Assembly: GCA_001244265.2 (NCBI GenBank)
Contig: CDLV01000007.1
Location: 2,418,001 to 2,482,000, forward strand
DNA: 64,000 nucleotides
From: Microbotryum violaceum
Lineage: Eukaryota
Reading direction: 5' to 3'
Part shown: positions 62,175 through 64,000 of the stretch, in pieces
Layout: every line of letters begins with the position of its first letter
How positions within the stretch are numbered: the first letter of the stretch is position 1
The notes under the pieces: generated by a model
What the model saw: only the letters and a program-made list of their open reading frames with translations
Told to the model about the DNA's origin: nothing
Database searches by the model: none
Position numbers and translations under genes: made by a program

Positions 62175-64000
62175 TCAATCATCAAGCACCAACACCTCCT
62201 CCACGGCCTCACCACCCTCGACCACTTTCTGCACCTTACTCTGTGTCTTCTGATCCCCCTTCAAATCCGCTTCCACCGCCGTCCGTTTGATACCCTTCTT
62301 CGGCTCTTTCGTCGTCGACATCGACGTCGTAGCATCCAACTCGGTGATGATGAACCCGTCATCTTCGTCGTCGTCGTCGTTTGTTTGTGCATCGTCCTCC
62401 TCTTCTTTGACAATAGGTTTCGGCGCCTTCCTCGGGATGGGGGAAGGGATTTCCCCGTCCACTTTGAACGTCTCCGAAACTTCATCGGATAAGCTCGATC
62501 TGTGGGGTTCCATCGACTCGCGTGTACCAATCAGAAAAACCGAATCCGACAAGGGGTCCTCACGACACCCCCCCCCCCCCCTCGCGCAAAAACCGATCGA
62601 GAGTCAGGGGGAAGACTCACCCTAACGAAAACACCACCGGCCAAGGTTGAGGTTCTTCCTCGTCCTCCATAACGGTAAGGAAACTTCCCTCTCCTACCCC
62701 CAATTCAACCAAAGTTTTATCCTCGTTATCTTCAAAATCTTCACGTTCGTACAAGATTTTTGAACCTTGCGCGATGGAGATGAACCCTTTCCAACCTAAT
62801 TCTTTTTCGACGATCTGCGTGACAAAGTCACCCAAGGTCGCAGAAGTTTTGGCGTGAATGGGAACGTACACGGTCCTACAGATCGAGCATTGTTCATTCG
62901 GGACGAGCAATTCCATAGGGTTGAAGACTCTGCCTGAATTACGGGAAAGGTAGACCATCTTGGCTGTGACCCAATCGTTACGAAGGACGTTGAGAGCTTG
63001 AAGGACTAAAACGCCAGCGATGATGGCGTTCGTCGTCGCGATAGCGGGGATGATGTTTCCCGCGTATTCTTTGACTTGAAAACGGGTCTGTGACTCGATG
63101 TTGAAGCAGGATGCGCGAAGATTCGCACAGGCGACGACAAAGTCGAGGGTGTCGTCGTCATCTTTGTCGAAGGAGAGGGGGGAGGTCGGGGAGATACGCG
63201 AGGAGAGACGCTCGATTGATGAGATGAAAAGATTGAACGAGTCGCGTAGGGTTAAGGTGCGTTGATCTTTGATCAGACCTCTGGTCGAACCGTTCGTCTT
63301 TGTTGGGTTCGCAGTCGACTCGGTCGCCGCGTCCGCGCTCGTCGAGGACGAGGTCGAGGTCGAGGACGAGGTCGAGGTCGAGGCCGAGAGTTCGTCCCAT
63401 GACAAAGGGTGAGGCGGTTTGCGGTGCTTCCACATGTCCTCCATCTTGAGCAGTCGATTGATGTCTTGCGAGTAAACCTGTTGAGCGTCTAACCAGATTA
63501 AACCCCTTTGACCTTGTGCCCAAACGAGGCTCTTCGAACGTTGTCGGGCGGGCGGACCCACCTTGTCAAACACCCTCTTGGCAGCGCCAGCTTCAGCCAG
63601 CGATCCACGCAATTGTTTGATCGCAGCTGCTTCTTTGCGAAGTTCTTGAATTTCCTCAGCTGTGGAAGCGGTCGCTCGAGGGTCAGTTCGGTCCCAACCA
63701 CAAGGGATGCAGGAGCAACCAGGGCACACACCATTCTCGCCGTTCTTCTCGGCATCGTCCAATTCTTGCCCTTCGGCCTCATCATCGGCGCCGTACAGTT
63801 GGCTGAGAGGTACAATTCGATAATAAGTAGTGTACATAAACAAGTTTATAGATATCGCGCTCACGGGAAAAGGTAGCTCTTGGCCCAAGCGATGCAATGA
63901 TGGGCCGTGGAGGGCGTACTGCGGATCGTGCAGACGGCGAACGTCTTGGGAACGGGTTTGGCTGAAGGGAGAGTCCAAGAAGAGGTGATCAGCAGTGAAA
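62175..64000 (-). CDS. UBA2: SUMO-activating enzyme E1 subunit Uba2 (5' part lies outside the window)
   Basis: Catalytic [79 protein letters not shown]-like region, and a C-terminal SIM-like VEEVLVLDD*. Confidence 0.95.

Overview
Gene-dense, intron-rich (mostly 60-100 nt GT-AG introns with CTRAC/CTRAT-type branch points), GC-rich eukaryotic DNA, most consistent with a basidiomycete yeast (Pucciniomycotina/Microbotryomycetes-like; taxon is inferred). The ORF track is fragmented by introns, so I assembled gene models by hand from splice signals and recognisable protein motifs. About 23 protein-coding genes are supported: AP-3 mu, Sec61-beta, Skt5/Chs4-like Sel1 protein, Mo25/Hym1, a small hydrophilic protein, Rrp46, Dpb2, a GT2-like glycosyltransferase, a large protein with Red1/Rec10/SYCP2-like architecture, Dcp1, a Q-rich coiled-coil membrane protein, histone H3, a GRGGxGN-repeat protein, a DHA1 MFS transporter, a Slp1-like SUN protein, RBM18-like, an OSCA/TMEM63 channel, a divergent SUMO, Rrp42, SmE, an Arg/Asp-rich nuclear protein, a Zn2Cys6 transcription factor and a partial Uba2. 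No rRNA, convincing tRNA, CRISPR array or transposon was seen. The most notable observations are a candidate meiotic axis core protein, recurrent C/A-rich to G/T-rich strand-skew inversions that ignore gene orientation, a hairpin-packed candidate ncRNA with a telomere-template-like 8-mer, a metazoan-like Dcp1, and a divergent SUMO about 9 kb from its E1 subunit. Family calls are from motif recognition only; no database searches were run.
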